Shown here piece after piece: positions 9,253 to 18,508 of a DNA stretch of 64,000 nt. The position numbers and the translations under genes were made by a program. Position 1 is the stretch's first letter. Each line of letters starts with the position of its first letter. The notes beneath the pieces were generated by a model. It was not told the origin of the DNA. It saw only the letters and a program-made list of their open reading frames with translations, and did not search any database. The stretch comes from Bacteroidota bacterium (GTDB lineage: Bacteria > Bacteroidota > Bacteroidia > Bacteroidales > FEN-979), in assembly GCA_026391795.1 (NCBI GenBank), contig JAPLDI010000049.1, positions 98,594 to 162,593 of the forward strand. The letters are read 5' to 3'.

Positions 9253-10116
9253 TCAGGAAATAGTTTTTTCCAGGATCAACATCAGGAGGACCAGGAGCAG
9301 GAAGGTGTTCATAAGAATGAATAAAAGTTTATACCGCGGAATCTTGACGAAATAGAACTGATAGAAGAACAGCGAAAGGATGATCAGGTTCATTCCCGGG
9401 ATCATCAATTTTGAAAATAATAACATCCAGAACCCTGAGAGGACAAGCAGCAGGGAAGTTCCCGTTGCCCCGATCATCCATGCAAAAATGATATTCCGGA
9501 ATTGAAATTCATTGAAAACATCCGTCATCACCGGAAATCCTGCCAAACGGTACTCATTCCCGTACTTGATCATAAGAAGCCAGAAATGAGGGATTTGCCA
9601 CATGAAGAGGAAAAATGCCAGCAGGAAAACCGGGTGATCAGACAGCGATCCTCCGGCAGCTGACCATCCCATGTATACAGGAATCACACCCGACAGGGCT
9701 CCCGGAACAACAGCAAAAGCCGTCTTCTTTTTCAACCATGTGTAAAAACCATTGTACCACAAGATATTCAATAACCCCAGAACCACACATGTCCAAAAGG
9801 CGCCGGATGCAAGAAACGTCAAACCTGAAAGAAGCAGAAGGAAGGCAAAGAAAGAAGCATTTTTTGAACTGATTTTGCCGGAAGGAACGGGGCGGTGTTT
9901 TGTCCTTTCCATCTTTGCATCCTGTTCTTTTTCCTGCACCTGATTAAATGCAGATGCTCCGGAGGCCAGCAAAAAAATTCCCGCCAGGGGTACTATGGCT
10001 TTTGGGGATACTGTTCCGGATGCCGCACACCAGGCCGCAAAAGCAGATAAGGTTACAGAGAGCGAGACCCGAATCCGGATCAATTCCGGGAAGATCCGGG
10101 ATGCGAACGAAAGCAA
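9253..10116 (-). CDS. cyoE: Protoheme IX farnesyltransferase (heme O synthase)
   Basis: Polytopic UbiA-family protein with NQVQEKEQDAKMERTKHRPVPSG. It is the last gene of the cox cluster. Confidence 0.85.
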   Translation of the reverse strand: MLSFASRIFPELIRIRVSLSVTLSAFAAWCAASGTVSPKAIVPLAGIFLLASGASAFNQVQEKEQDAKMERTKHRPVPSGKISSKNASFFAFLLLLSGLTFLASGAFWTCVVLGLLNILWYNGFYTWLKKKTAFAVVPGALSGVIPVYMGWSAAGGSLSDHPVFLLAFFLFMWQIPHFWLLMIKYGNEYRLAGFPVMTDVFNEFQFRNIIFAWMIGATGTSLLLVLSGFWMLLFSKLMIPGMNLIILSLFFYQFYFVKIPRYKLLFILMNTFLLLVLLMLILEKTIS

Positions 10117-10117
10117 G

Positions 10118-11026
10118 TTATTTTAGGGTTTTCAAGTATTCAATTATTTTCTTGACCTCATCCTCTTTTACAGTACCCTTGTATGGTTTCATCACTCCTT
10201 TTGAGAAACCTGCAACGATATCCTTGTCGGGATCAAAAATGGAAGTTGTGATGTATTCATCATCTACCTTTACCTTTCGCTCAACTCCATTCGTGGTAAC
10301 GTTTTCAGTTTTTCCGTAAAGACCTTTAAAGCTGACACTGACCAGTCGCGAACCGTCGAGGGAATGGCAGCCGATGCATGCATTCTTCTTCAGGATCATG
10401 AGTCCTTCAGGCTCTGCAGAAGAAACTTTCAATGCCTTTAGCCAGAGGGAAAACTGCATCGGTGTGACAACTCTGACTTTCGTTCCCATATAGGAATGCC
10501 GGACGCCGCAGTAAGCTGTACAAAAGATCTCATAATCACCGATCTGCTGCGGGGTAAACCACATATAATTGTTTTTTCCCGGAACCACATCTTCCTTAAC
10601 CCGGAATGCCGGAATTGAGAATCCATGAATAACATCTTCGGAATGAAGGTTGAGTTTGACAGGGTTGTTCAGCGGCAGAACCAGCTCGTTTGCAACCTTT
10701 GAACCTGGATATTCAAAACTCCACTGCCACATCCTGCCAATCACTTTTACCTGCATGGCATCTTTTGGCACCCAGATCATCGGTTGAAAAGCAGCATATC
10801 CGTAATAAAACAGAAACAGAACAATGATGATCGGGATCGTGATCCAGGTGATCTCAAGTGCCGTGCTGTCCTTTACCTGTACCGCTTTTGGATGCCTTTT
10901 GCGGTTGTACCTGACCACAAAAAAGAGCATTGTCGCCGTAATGACCAGTAAAAAGAAAAAACTGATTCCGAAAAGTAGTTTAAAAACCCAATCTACTCCT
11001 TCAACAAAATTTGATGCACCGTTCAT
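10118..11026 (-). CDS. coxB: Cytochrome c oxidase subunit II with fused C-terminal cytochrome c domain (caa3-type)
   Basis: CuA site CTAYCGVRHSYM. C-terminal CIGCHS heme c motif. Two N-terminal TM helices. Confidence 0.9.
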   Translation of the reverse strand: MNGASNFVEGVDWVFKLLFGISFFFLLVITATMLFFVVRYNRKRHPKAVQVKDSTALEITWITIPIIIVLFLFYYGYAAFQPMIWVPKDAMQVKVIGRMWQWSFEYPGSKVANELVLPLNNPVKLNLHSEDVIHGFSIPAFRVKEDVVPGKNNYMWFTPQQIGDYEIFCTAYCGVRHSYMGTKVRVVTPMQFSLWLKALKVSSAEPEGLMILKKNACIGCHSLDGSRLVSVSFKGLYGKTENVTTNGVERKVKVDDEYITTSIFDPDKDIVAGFSKGVMKPYKGTVKEDEVKKIIEYLKTLK

Positions 11027-11034
11027 AAAATAGT

Positions 11035-11069
11035 AATTACGGATTACGAATTAAGAATTAATAATTGAG
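11035..11069. repeat. Tandem heptamers, AATTACG family (5 units: aattacg gattacg aattaag aattaat aattgag)
   Basis: Read directly from the sequence. Lies between the coxB start and the coxIV stop. Confidence 0.85.
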
Positions 11070-11123
11070 TTCATAAAGGTTATAAAGTTCATAAAGTTTT
11101 TAAAGTTCATAAAATCATAAAAT
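11070..11123. repeat. Tandem nonamers, TTCATAAAG family (6 units)
   Basis: ttcataaag gttataaag ttcataaag tttttaaag ttcataaaa tcataaaat, read directly. Confidence 0.85.
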
Positions 11124-11159
11124 GTTCTCATTCTTTGTTATCACAACTTCACCACATGT

Positions 11160-11444
11160 CTATCTGAAGATATAATCCGAGAATGTAAGAAGAATAACCG
11201 AAACATAGATCGCAAGAACCATTACCACGAGTATTCTGAGCAGGAGGTTTTCCAGCTTCAGGTGCATGAAATAGGCAAGTACGATTGCTGCCTTTGTAGA
11301 AGCCAGCAGTAACGCTATCAGTACTGTAAATGCCGTAAGGTCGAGCCAGGGGACCAGGATGGTAAGCGTTGTAAGTACCAACAACCCGATCAGAACTTTC
11401 CCGTATAGCGGATAACCTGTAATGTGTGCAGCTTCTGTTGACAT
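11160..11444 (-). CDS. Cytochrome c oxidase subunit IV-like small membrane protein
   Basis: Three hydrophobic helices. Position is between subunit III and subunit II. Start moved to the ATG (MSTEAAH) in place of the tracked TTG. Confidence 0.6.
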   Translation of the reverse strand: MSTEAAHITGYPLYGKVLIGLLVLTTLTILVPWLDLTAFTVLIALLLASTKAAIVLAYFMHLKLENLLLRILVVMVLAIYVSVILLTFSDYIFR

Positions 11445-11513
11445 ACTTTTTAACAATTACGCATTATAAATTATGATATAAACTACTCGCTCTCTTGTGA
11501 CCCAATCGCCAAT

Positions 11514-12119
11514 TTATGTTACCAGATACAGGAGCGGAAAGAGAAATATCCAGATCAGGTCAACCAGGTGCCAGTAAAGTCCACCATTCTCGAGCAGTAC
11601 ATAATGTTCATCGGTGATCAGTCCCATTCTGACTTTGACGAGGGCAACCACCAGGATAACCGCTCCGATGACTAGGTGAAGCATGTGTAACCCCGTCATA
11701 AAGAAATAGAGACTGAAGAAAAGAATGTAACCATGCCTGAGTGTCTGCATCAGTTCTGTCCCCGGATACAACGTGATGGATATTTTGTGCCCCCATTCAA
11801 AATATTTATCCACCAGGAAAATGACAGCACAAAGGAGGGTTATGCAGAGAAGAATTGTGGCCATCCGCTTATCTTTTTTCTGAACCGCCGAGATCGACAT
11901 GGCGACCGTCATACTGCTGATTAGGAGAACCACTGTATTCAAAGCCCCAATGAATGTGTTTAGCTGAAGGGAGGCCTGGTGAAAGTCATCCGGGTATCGA
12001 TGCCTCATAACGGCATAAACAAGGAATAACCCACCGAACAGCAAGATTTCGGTAAAAATAAATACCCACATTCCCAGTTTTGCGCCCACATCGTCACGTG
12101 GCATTTCTATATGATCCAT
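11514..12119 (-). CDS. coxC: Cytochrome c oxidase subunit III
   Basis: 201 aa polytopic protein. FFMTGLHMLHLVIG and GLYWHLVDLIWIFLFPLLY are typical of the subunit III C-terminus. Confidence 0.85.
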   Translation of the reverse strand: MDHIEMPRDDVGAKLGMWVFIFTEILLFGGLFLVYAVMRHRYPDDFHQASLQLNTFIGALNTVVLLISSMTVAMSISAVQKKDKRMATILLCITLLCAVIFLVDKYFEWGHKISITLYPGTELMQTLRHGYILFFSLYFFMTGLHMLHLVIGAVILVVALVKVRMGLITDEHYVLLENGGLYWHLVDLIWIFLFPLLYLVT

Positions 12120-12126
12120 CTTTTTA

Positions 12127-12161
12127 AATTACGAATTACGAAGTACGAATTACGAATATGT
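12127..12161. repeat. Tandem heptamers, AATTACG family (aattacg aattacg aagtacg aattacg aatatgt)
   Basis: Read directly. Lies between the coxA stop and the coxC start. Confidence 0.85.
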
Positions 12162-12164
12162 TAA

Positions 12165-12180
12165 CTCACCAATTCACCAG
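12165..12180. repeat. Two 8-mers of the TTCACCAG family abutting the coxA stop codon
   Basis: ctcaccaa ttcaccag, immediately followed by tta (the TAA of coxA on the minus strand). Confidence 0.7.
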
Positions 12181-13785
12181 TTAATCATAGTCATACGGCT
12201 TATCCGGTACAGCAGGTGGAGTGGCGAAATTTTCCATTGAAGGGGGCGAAGGCAGCTGCCATTCAAGGGTTTTTCCACCCCAGGGGTTGTCACCCGCTTT
12301 GGCTCCGTTTTTCCTAAATAGATTTATAACCATGATAATGAATCCGATTCCAAGAATATATCCTCCGATGGTCGAAATCTGCTGTGCCCAGGTAAACTGG
12401 GGGAGATAATCAAAATACCTTCTGGGCATTCCTTCAAGGCCAATGATGAATTGCGGGAAATAGAGAAGGTTGAACCCGATAAAAAGAAAACCCCAGGCAA
12501 TATTGGCAACCCTGAAATTGTAAAGTCGTCCGAACATCTTGGGATACCAGTAATGAACCGCACCGAGGAAAGCAAACCCGACACCTCCGAATATGATGTA
12601 ATGGAAATGGGCAACAATAAAAGAAGTATCATGAACCTGGATATCAGTTGCAAGTGCCCCCTGGACAAGTCCGGTCAATCCCCCGATGCAGAACAAAAAG
12701 ATAAAAGCGATTGCGAAGAGCAGAGGAGGTTTCAGGTCGATAGAGCCTTTGTACATGGTGGCTACCCAGTTGAAAACCTTAATAGCGCTGGGAACTGCCA
12801 CAAGGAAGGTGAGAAGTGAAAATGTCCAGATGGCTTCCTTGCTCATGCCAGAGGTGAACATATGGTGTCCCCAAACAAAATACCCGACCCCAGCTATGGC
12901 GAGGCTGGAAATTGCAATCGCTTTGTAGCCGTAAATCTGTTTCTGGCAGAAGGTAGGGATGATCTCGGTGATTACACCCATGGCTGGCAGGATCATTATG
13001 TACACTGCCGGATGTGAATAGATCCAGAACAGGTGCTGGTAAAGAACGGGATCGCCGCCAAGCGCCGGATCAAAGAATCCGATATGGAACAACCTTTCGG
13101 CGATAATCATCAATAAGGTGATACCGATAACCGGTGTTGCAAGGATCTGGATCCAGGCAGTGGCATAAATTGCCCAGGGTAATAAAGGCATTTTGAAGAA
13201 ACTCATTCCCGGCGCACGAAGGCGGTGAATCGTAACGATGAAATTGATGCCGGTCAGAATAGAGGAAAACCCAAGGATGAAAGCCCCGCTCACCGCTGCG
13301 ATCACATTGGTCTGCGTCTGCGTGCTGTAAGGCGCGTAAAACGTCCAGCCGGTATCGGGCGGGCCGTTGCCTGTAAACTGCGATACGACCACGACCGCTG
13401 CACCCAGAATATAAAGGTACCAGGCGAAAAGGTTGAGTCGTGGAAATGCGACATCATTGGCGCCTATCATAATGGGCATGACGAAGTTGCCGAAAACGAC
13501 AGTCAGTCCGGGGATCACGATCAGGAAGATCATGATCAGTCCGTGAAGCGTAAAGATCGCGTTGTAGGTTTGAGGTCCGTAGAACTGTTGCCCGGGCTTA
13601 AAAAGCTCGGTTCGCAACGTTTCCCCGAGGATGCCCCCAACGATAAAGAAAACCAGGATAGACCATAGGTAGAGGAGTCCAATCCTCTTGTGATCAGTAG
13701 TGGTAAGCCAGGCCTTAAGTCCTTTCCGCTTCCCGGTATCGGTCAGATAACTCGGTTCTTCATGAAGATCTGTGTTTCCAGTCAT
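12181..13785 (-). CDS. coxA: Cytochrome c oxidase subunit I
   Basis: 534 aa with 12 or more TM helices. Contains the heme-copper oxidase motifs WFFGHPEVY-like (LFWIYSHPAVYIMILP) and HHMFTSG. Confidence 0.95.
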   Translation of the reverse strand: MTGNTDLHEEPSYLTDTGKRKGLKAWLTTTDHKRIGLLYLWSILVFFIVGGILGETLRTELFKPGQQFYGPQTYNAIFTLHGLIMIFLIVIPGLTVVFGNFVMPIMIGANDVAFPRLNLFAWYLYILGAAVVVVSQFTGNGPPDTGWTFYAPYSTQTQTNVIAAVSGAFILGFSSILTGINFIVTIHRLRAPGMSFFKMPLLPWAIYATAWIQILATPVIGITLLMIIAERLFHIGFFDPALGGDPVLYQHLFWIYSHPAVYIMILPAMGVITEIIPTFCQKQIYGYKAIAISSLAIAGVGYFVWGHHMFTSGMSKEAIWTFSLLTFLVAVPSAIKVFNWVATMYKGSIDLKPPLLFAIAFIFLFCIGGLTGLVQGALATDIQVHDTSFIVAHFHYIIFGGVGFAFLGAVHYWYPKMFGRLYNFRVANIAWGFLFIGFNLLYFPQFIIGLEGMPRRYFDYLPQFTWAQQISTIGGYILGIGFIIMVINLFRKNGAKAGDNPWGGKTLEWQLPSPPSMENFATPPAVPDKPYDYD

Positions 13786-13801
13786 GGATTGAAAGTCTTA
13801 A

Positions 13802-14614
13802 CTATGAATTGGATGGTTTGATTGTTTCTTTTGGTTTTGTTTTTTTCCGGGATGAACGTATAAGCAGGGAGATGGACAAGACAACTACAATAAAAATGAT
13901 GATGGTTGCGATCACCTTGGTCACAGCCAGACTGTAACGTCTGCCTGCCGGGTCGTAAGTAAAGCAAAAATCCATAATCCGGTTTATGGTGGGCCTTGAG
14001 ATCCCTTTCTGTGCCTCGATCACGGCCATTTTTACATCGAACGGCAGAAAGGTCGTTCCATAAAGATAGCGGGTTATCTTTCCTTCCGGACTAAGGATCA
14101 TGATGCAACTCGGGTGGATGAAGTCGTTCCCGGCCTGGATGAATTTATATCCGACAGCATTGGTAAGCGCATGAATGTTCGCACTGTCACCCGTAAGATA
14201 GTTCCAGTACTGCCCGTTCGGCCTGCTTTTCTTGTCAAGAAAACTGTTTTTCTTGTCAAGGGCCTTTTCAGGAGTATCCAGAGGGTTGAAAGAGACACTG
14301 ATGATCTGGTATTCCTTACCCAATTGCATGTCCGTTTTTTTTACAACATTCGCTATTCCGGCAAGAAGTTGCGGGCATATCCCCGGGCAATCAAAGTAAA
14401 TCAGCGAGAGTATGGTTGGGCGCTTGATAATTTCTTTCAGGAGTACAGGCTTGTTCGTTTCATCCCTGAATGACAATCCATCCGGTATAATTCGGTCGAG
14501 GTGCTCGACGATACCTACTTCGACAGTGTCAGCAGTGTCCTGGGCCAGGGAACGCAGCGTGCCTGAAACCATGACTAAAACTGCTGTGACCAGGAAAGCT
14601 GTTTTGAAATTCAT
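13802..14614 (-). CDS. SCO1/SenC family copper chaperone
   Basis: Thioredoxin-like fold with the FDCPGICP motif. A C-terminal TM segment is present. Sits adjacent to coxA. Confidence 0.85.
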   Translation of the reverse strand: MNFKTAFLVTAVLVMVSGTLRSLAQDTADTVEVGIVEHLDRIIPDGLSFRDETNKPVLLKEIIKRPTILSLIYFDCPGICPQLLAGIANVVKKTDMQLGKEYQIISVSFNPLDTPEKALDKKNSFLDKKSRPNGQYWNYLTGDSANIHALTNAVGYKFIQAGNDFIHPSCIMILSPEGKITRYLYGTTFLPFDVKMAVIEAQKGISRPTINRIMDFCFTYDPAGRRYSLAVTKVIATIIIFIVVVLSISLLIRSSRKKTKPKETIKPSNS

Positions 14615-14649
14615 ACTGCTGAATGTTAATTATATAGTGCCTCTGATGC

Positions 14650-15057
14650 TCATGTTGCAGATTTCTCTTCCCTGTAAATTCCTGCGATCATCAGGGCACC
14701 CCCCATCAGAGCAGTATCTTTCAGCAACTCGATCAATGCCAATGTCGAAACTTTCGTATGCACCTGGAGAATGGTTACTTCGGTCGGGTCAAAAAGTGAC
14801 GGAACATGGATCGTAAGGATAAAAATGAAAAGAAGGAGTGCCAGCAAAAGACAGGATAGCTGAATGTATTTTTTTGCAATGATGGAGATGCAGGCTGCAA
14901 TCAATGCAAGTCCTGTGATAATAATAGTGTATCCCCCTCCTGGAATGAAGGTGCTGACCATTCCTGTATAATAACTTGTCATGAGAAAATGGTTCAGTCC
15001 AAGGATTCCAAATGGCAGGGCAAACAAGATTCTTCCTATGGTTGTCAGGTGTTTCAT
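14650..15057 (-). CDS. DoxX-like membrane protein
   Basis: Start moved to MKHLTTIGRILFALPFGILGLNHF (ATG at 15057). Four hydrophobic helices. Confidence 0.6.
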   Translation of the reverse strand: MKHLTTIGRILFALPFGILGLNHFLMTSYYTGMVSTFIPGGGYTIIITGLALIAACISIIAKKYIQLSCLLLALLLFIFILTIHVPSLFDPTEVTILQVHTKVSTLALIELLKDTALMGGALMIAGIYREEKSAT

Positions 15058-15068
15058 AGTTGATTTTA

Positions 15069-15977
15069 TTAATTTATTTGTTTTAATTTTATTAAGGAGA
15101 CGAGGATATAAAAGATGAATCCCCAGACTGTGATCAATGAAAACGAAAATGTGAGAATAAGCCATAGAGGGGCCTTTGAGCGTACCGACCACATGGCGCG
15201 GGCATCGGTCAGGCTTTTTAAGATAACCGGTTTGCCAATGGCCAGTGATGCCTTTGCCTCATTTGCGTTCAGGTTCCCTGTTTCATCCTTAACCCTTGCA
15301 GCGAGGTCCAGGATCCCGAATTCGCCACCGGGAAGATCGGCCGGGAAGTCGAAAAATGCAAATCCGGCGGCATTAGTGCTCTTCGGTTCTCCTGTTTTCA
15401 GCCAGCCAAAATACCTTTTAACATTGAGTTGTATTTCGATCCCTTTTGCAGGGATATCCTTTTTGTCTTTCAGGATCTCAGTGCAGAGAACATAGAGTTT
15501 TTGTTGCCTGTAATTGCAGTAGATATGGAGTCTCAGATTCTTGTAACCCATTCCTGCTCTGACCAGCGGTGCAGGCTGCATATAACCGGAATTAAAGCTC
15601 CTGAGATAGGAGATCACCTGCCAGCGTTCTTCTACCGAAAGGATATTTCCAAACTGGGGCATGGGAGTTTTGCCGGTAGTGACCTTGAAAAATATTTCCC
15701 CGTCGGCTTGCTTTTGAAATTTGGCAGAAGCAGGATCTCCCGGGGGGGGGGCGATTTTGGCCCAATTCTGTTTACCCGGATCTCCATGGCACGACTTGCA
15801 GTTTTTCTGAAACAGGCTCTCACCGCTTTTTACCGTCTCAACGGTAAATATGAAAGGAGCCACCTTCTCTTTTGCTTCCTCAGGGATTACCCATGCAGTC
15901 GGGGGCGACTGTGCGAAAACACTGATCCTCAGCAAAAGTAAAATGAAAGCCAAAAGGAATACGTATTTCTTCGTCAT
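15069..15977 (-). CDS. Membrane-anchored monoheme cytochrome c (ActE-like role?)
   Basis: Has a signal peptide, a single CKSCHG heme motif with a downstream Met (TPMPQF), an extra ~150-aa domain and a C-terminal TM helix. Contains a C10/G10 tract at 15742-15751. Confidence 0.75.
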   Translation of the reverse strand: MTKKYVFLLAFILLLLRISVFAQSPPTAWVIPEEAKEKVAPFIFTVETVKSGESLFQKNCKSCHGDPGKQNWAKIAPPPGDPASAKFQKQADGEIFFKVTTGKTPMPQFGNILSVEERWQVISYLRSFNSGYMQPAPLVRAGMGYKNLRLHIYCNYRQQKLYVLCTEILKDKKDIPAKGIEIQLNVKRYFGWLKTGEPKSTNAAGFAFFDFPADLPGGEFGILDLAARVKDETGNLNANEAKASLAIGKPVILKSLTDARAMWSVRSKAPLWLILTFSFSLITVWGFIFYILVSLIKLKQIN

Positions 15978-16030
15978 ATTATTCTATGTTTTCAATCACA
16001 TTCAATTCTGCATCTCTGATACGACATACT

Positions 16031-17359
16031 TCATTCCTTCTCCTCCACCAGCCCTTTTTCCACTGCTGTTTCACGGATCGGAACCACCGGGAAAAATTTG
16101 GATAACATCGTGATCAGGATAAGTACCATAAAGAAGGATGACAGGGTAATGGCAATCTCAATCAGTGTTGGTGTATATACTTTAAAATTGTAAGGTACGT
16201 ATTGAATGGGGAGGTATGGGTGTTCCTGCACCGGGACCACAATGATGTACCGCTTGAACCAGGAGCCGATAAAAACAGCCAGGGCAATGATCAGCAGAGG
16301 AAGAGGGGCCCGCATCTTCCTGAACAGGATCAGGATGATGGGAAGAAGGAGTCCGCCGACCTGGACAGCCCAGAACATGACCGAAAACCGTCCCGAAAAA
16401 AGATCATGAAGGTTGATGGCTTCGGCGGTTTTTAATTTATATACGGGGACCAGAAATTCGTTGATGTTAAAATAGAGGTATACCAGCATTACCAAGACGA
16501 GAAGTTTTCCCATGTTGTTGAAATGCCGTTCGGTGATATACTCGTGAAGTTTGTAATTTTTCTGGAAGAAAAACATTGCGATGATCACGGCTGAGGCGCC
16601 GGAGACAAAGGCCCCAGTAACAAAATAGGGACCGAAGAGAGTGCTGTCCCAACCGGCACGTGTTGTCATGGCGAAGAGCCAGGAGGTAACCGTATGAATG
16701 GCCAGGGCGCAGGGGATGATTAGGGTCAGAAGAATCCTGACACTCCGTTGGATGATGCGGTTCTTCTCCGGTGTGTCTGTCCAGTTGAGGGATAGCACCG
16801 CATACGATTTTTTTACCCATCCGGGGAGATGATCCGTCTTTTTATGGATCCATGCGATATCGGAGATCATGGTCACGAACAGCAAAAGTGCACTCAGGAT
16901 AAAATACGTAGTCACGACAGTTACATCCCACAGAATGGGCGACTGAAATCTTCCGTAAATAAACACATTGGCCAGCCTGTCGGGACGTCCCATATCCATG
17001 ACGATAACCAATCCTGCCAGCGCAGCGAAAGCAACCGCAATGATCTCTGCGATCCGGGTAATGGGAGTGATCCATTTGATCCCGATCAGCCCGAGAACTC
17101 CGCTTATCAGCATTCCGATCAGGCTCGTTGCAACGAAGAATACAAAGTTGGAAAGGTACATGCCCCAGGAAACATAGTCGCGGATCCCGGCTACTCCCAG
17201 GCCAAACCTGAGCTGAAGAGTATATGCGTAAAGGCAGATGCAGAGACCTATGACCAGGAACCCCATCCATATTTTAAATCCACGCGTGATCCGTATATGG
17301 GAGGTGAGATCTTCAGTTATTTTTTTAAGTGCAGCGTTGTTTTCATCCATGGTTTTCAT
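16031..17359 (-). CDS. NrfD/PsrC-family quinone-interacting membrane protein
   Basis: 442 aa with about 10 TM helices. It overlaps the FeS gene by 4 nt, which is the classical FeS + NrfD pairing. Confidence 0.85.
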   Translation of the reverse strand: MKTMDENNAALKKITEDLTSHIRITRGFKIWMGFLVIGLCICLYAYTLQLRFGLGVAGIRDYVSWGMYLSNFVFFVATSLIGMLISGVLGLIGIKWITPITRIAEIIAVAFAALAGLVIVMDMGRPDRLANVFIYGRFQSPILWDVTVVTTYFILSALLLFVTMISDIAWIHKKTDHLPGWVKKSYAVLSLNWTDTPEKNRIIQRSVRILLTLIIPCALAIHTVTSWLFAMTTRAGWDSTLFGPYFVTGAFVSGASAVIIAMFFFQKNYKLHEYITERHFNNMGKLLVLVMLVYLYFNINEFLVPVYKLKTAEAINLHDLFSGRFSVMFWAVQVGGLLLPIILILFRKMRAPLPLLIIALAVFIGSWFKRYIIVVPVQEHPYLPIQYVPYNFKVYTPTLIEIAITLSSFFMVLILITMLSKFFPVVPIRETAVEKGLVEEKE

Positions 17360-18360
17360 GCTTTTTTCGGTTCTGCATCCTTTGAGGGTTCAAACGGGAA
17401 TAACCTGTTCTTAGGTGGAAGATAATAAACCCTGGGTTTTGTTCCCAGTTCAGGAAGAAGCTGGTAGGCTCCGTTTTCACTGAGCAGGGTACTGAGCCTG
17501 ACGGTCTCTTTTGTTGTTCCATTTGTCACGGAATCTTCGTTTTCATCTCCGAAATAATAAACGCCGTTAGGACAGGCGGAGACGCAATAGGGCAGTTTCC
17601 CTTCACGCAGCCTGTCGGAGCTCATCAGGCATTTTGTAATGGTTCCGATGCGTTGAGGAATGTTGAGCTCAACATTATAGGGAAGATCTTTGTCGTGTTC
17701 ATCATACTTCGGTTTGCTCCAGTTCAGCATTCTGGCGGAATAGGGACAGGCTGCAATGCAGAATCGGCAACCGATGCAGCGTGTATTATCAATTAATACG
17801 GGGCCATCCGGTCGTTTAAAGGTGGCATCAACAGGGCATACGGCTACGCAGGGAGGATTGTCGCAATGCTGGCATGGCTTTGGCATATGGAATGCGGGTG
17901 TATGCGGATTCTCCTGCATCTGCAACGTATTCAGATGAAACTGGTCATGGCGGAGATGATGGGCAGACTGGCAGGCATTAATACACTGACGTGCATTCCG
18001 GCACTTTGAAAGGTCGATCACCCAGATCCAGCGACGCCCCGGGATGCCCTCCCGTCCTCTCAGGACCATCTGCTCTTCCGGAGATTTCTCCAGGGCTTTC
18101 ATCTCAAGAGAATCCACTTCAACAAGTTTGTTGTCCTGTGTCAGCAAAACGCTCTTCTTTCCTCCTTTCTTCTTCTCCTTTTCAAAGAGGTCTCCTGAAA
18201 AAAGGGCAGCAGTTCCAGCAGCAGCTCCAGCTCCTATCAAACCGAGGTTGCGTATGAACTTTCGCCGGGAGGCCTGTTTTGAATTATTTGTTTCAGGATG
18301 GGTAAGTTTGTGCTGATTATCCTGATTATTTTCATTCTTTGGAGTTTCTTCCATAGTCAT
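17356..18360 (-). CDS. Tat-exported 4Fe-4S cluster protein (PsrB/NrfC/DsrO/ActB-C-terminal-like)
   Basis: Twin-arginine signal SRRKFIRNLGLIGAGAAAG. Cys clusters CQHCDNPPCVAVCP, CIGCRFCIAACP and CVSACP. Confidence 0.85.
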   Translation of the reverse strand: MTMEETPKNENNQDNQHKLTHPETNNSKQASRRKFIRNLGLIGAGAAAGTAALFSGDLFEKEKKKGGKKSVLLTQDNKLVEVDSLEMKALEKSPEEQMVLRGREGIPGRRWIWVIDLSKCRNARQCINACQSAHHLRHDQFHLNTLQMQENPHTPAFHMPKPCQHCDNPPCVAVCPVDATFKRPDGPVLIDNTRCIGCRFCIAACPYSARMLNWSKPKYDEHDKDLPYNVELNIPQRIGTITKCLMSSDRLREGKLPYCVSACPNGVYYFGDENEDSVTNGTTKETVRLSTLLSENGAYQLLPELGTKPRVYYLPPKNRLFPFEPSKDAEPKKA

Positions 18361-18384
18361 TTCATCTTCCGGGTATCATATTTG

Positions 18385-18392
18385 CAAATATA
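18385..18392 (-). promoter_or_regulatory. -7 box TATATTTG for the respiratory operon
   Basis: The reverse strand reads TATATTTG, 25 nt upstream of the ATG at 18360. It is embedded in the palindrome atatttgcaaatat. Confidence 0.45.
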
Positions 18393-18433
18393 GAAAAATA
18401 TTTATGTGTCAAAATTTAAAATCATGAACTCAG

Positions 18434-18466
18434 AAAAAAAAGCTGTCTCAAAAGGAGACAGCTTTT
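18434..18466 (-). terminator. Rho-independent terminator (9-bp perfect stem, 5-nt loop, T-run on the minus strand)
   Basis: agctgtctc-aaaag-gagacagct, flanked by A7 and T3-4. On the minus strand the stem is followed by T9. Lies downstream of the gene at 18509-20113. Confidence 0.7.
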
Positions 18467-18508
18467 AATAATCCTGCCCGGACTTCCGTCCAGTATGGGA
18501 AAGAACAA

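Noticed and set aside
13782-13967. 61-aa ORF overlapping the SCO gene 3' end and reaching the coxA start codon
   Set aside because: It is on the same strand in a different frame inside a well-supported SCO gene, with implausible sequence.
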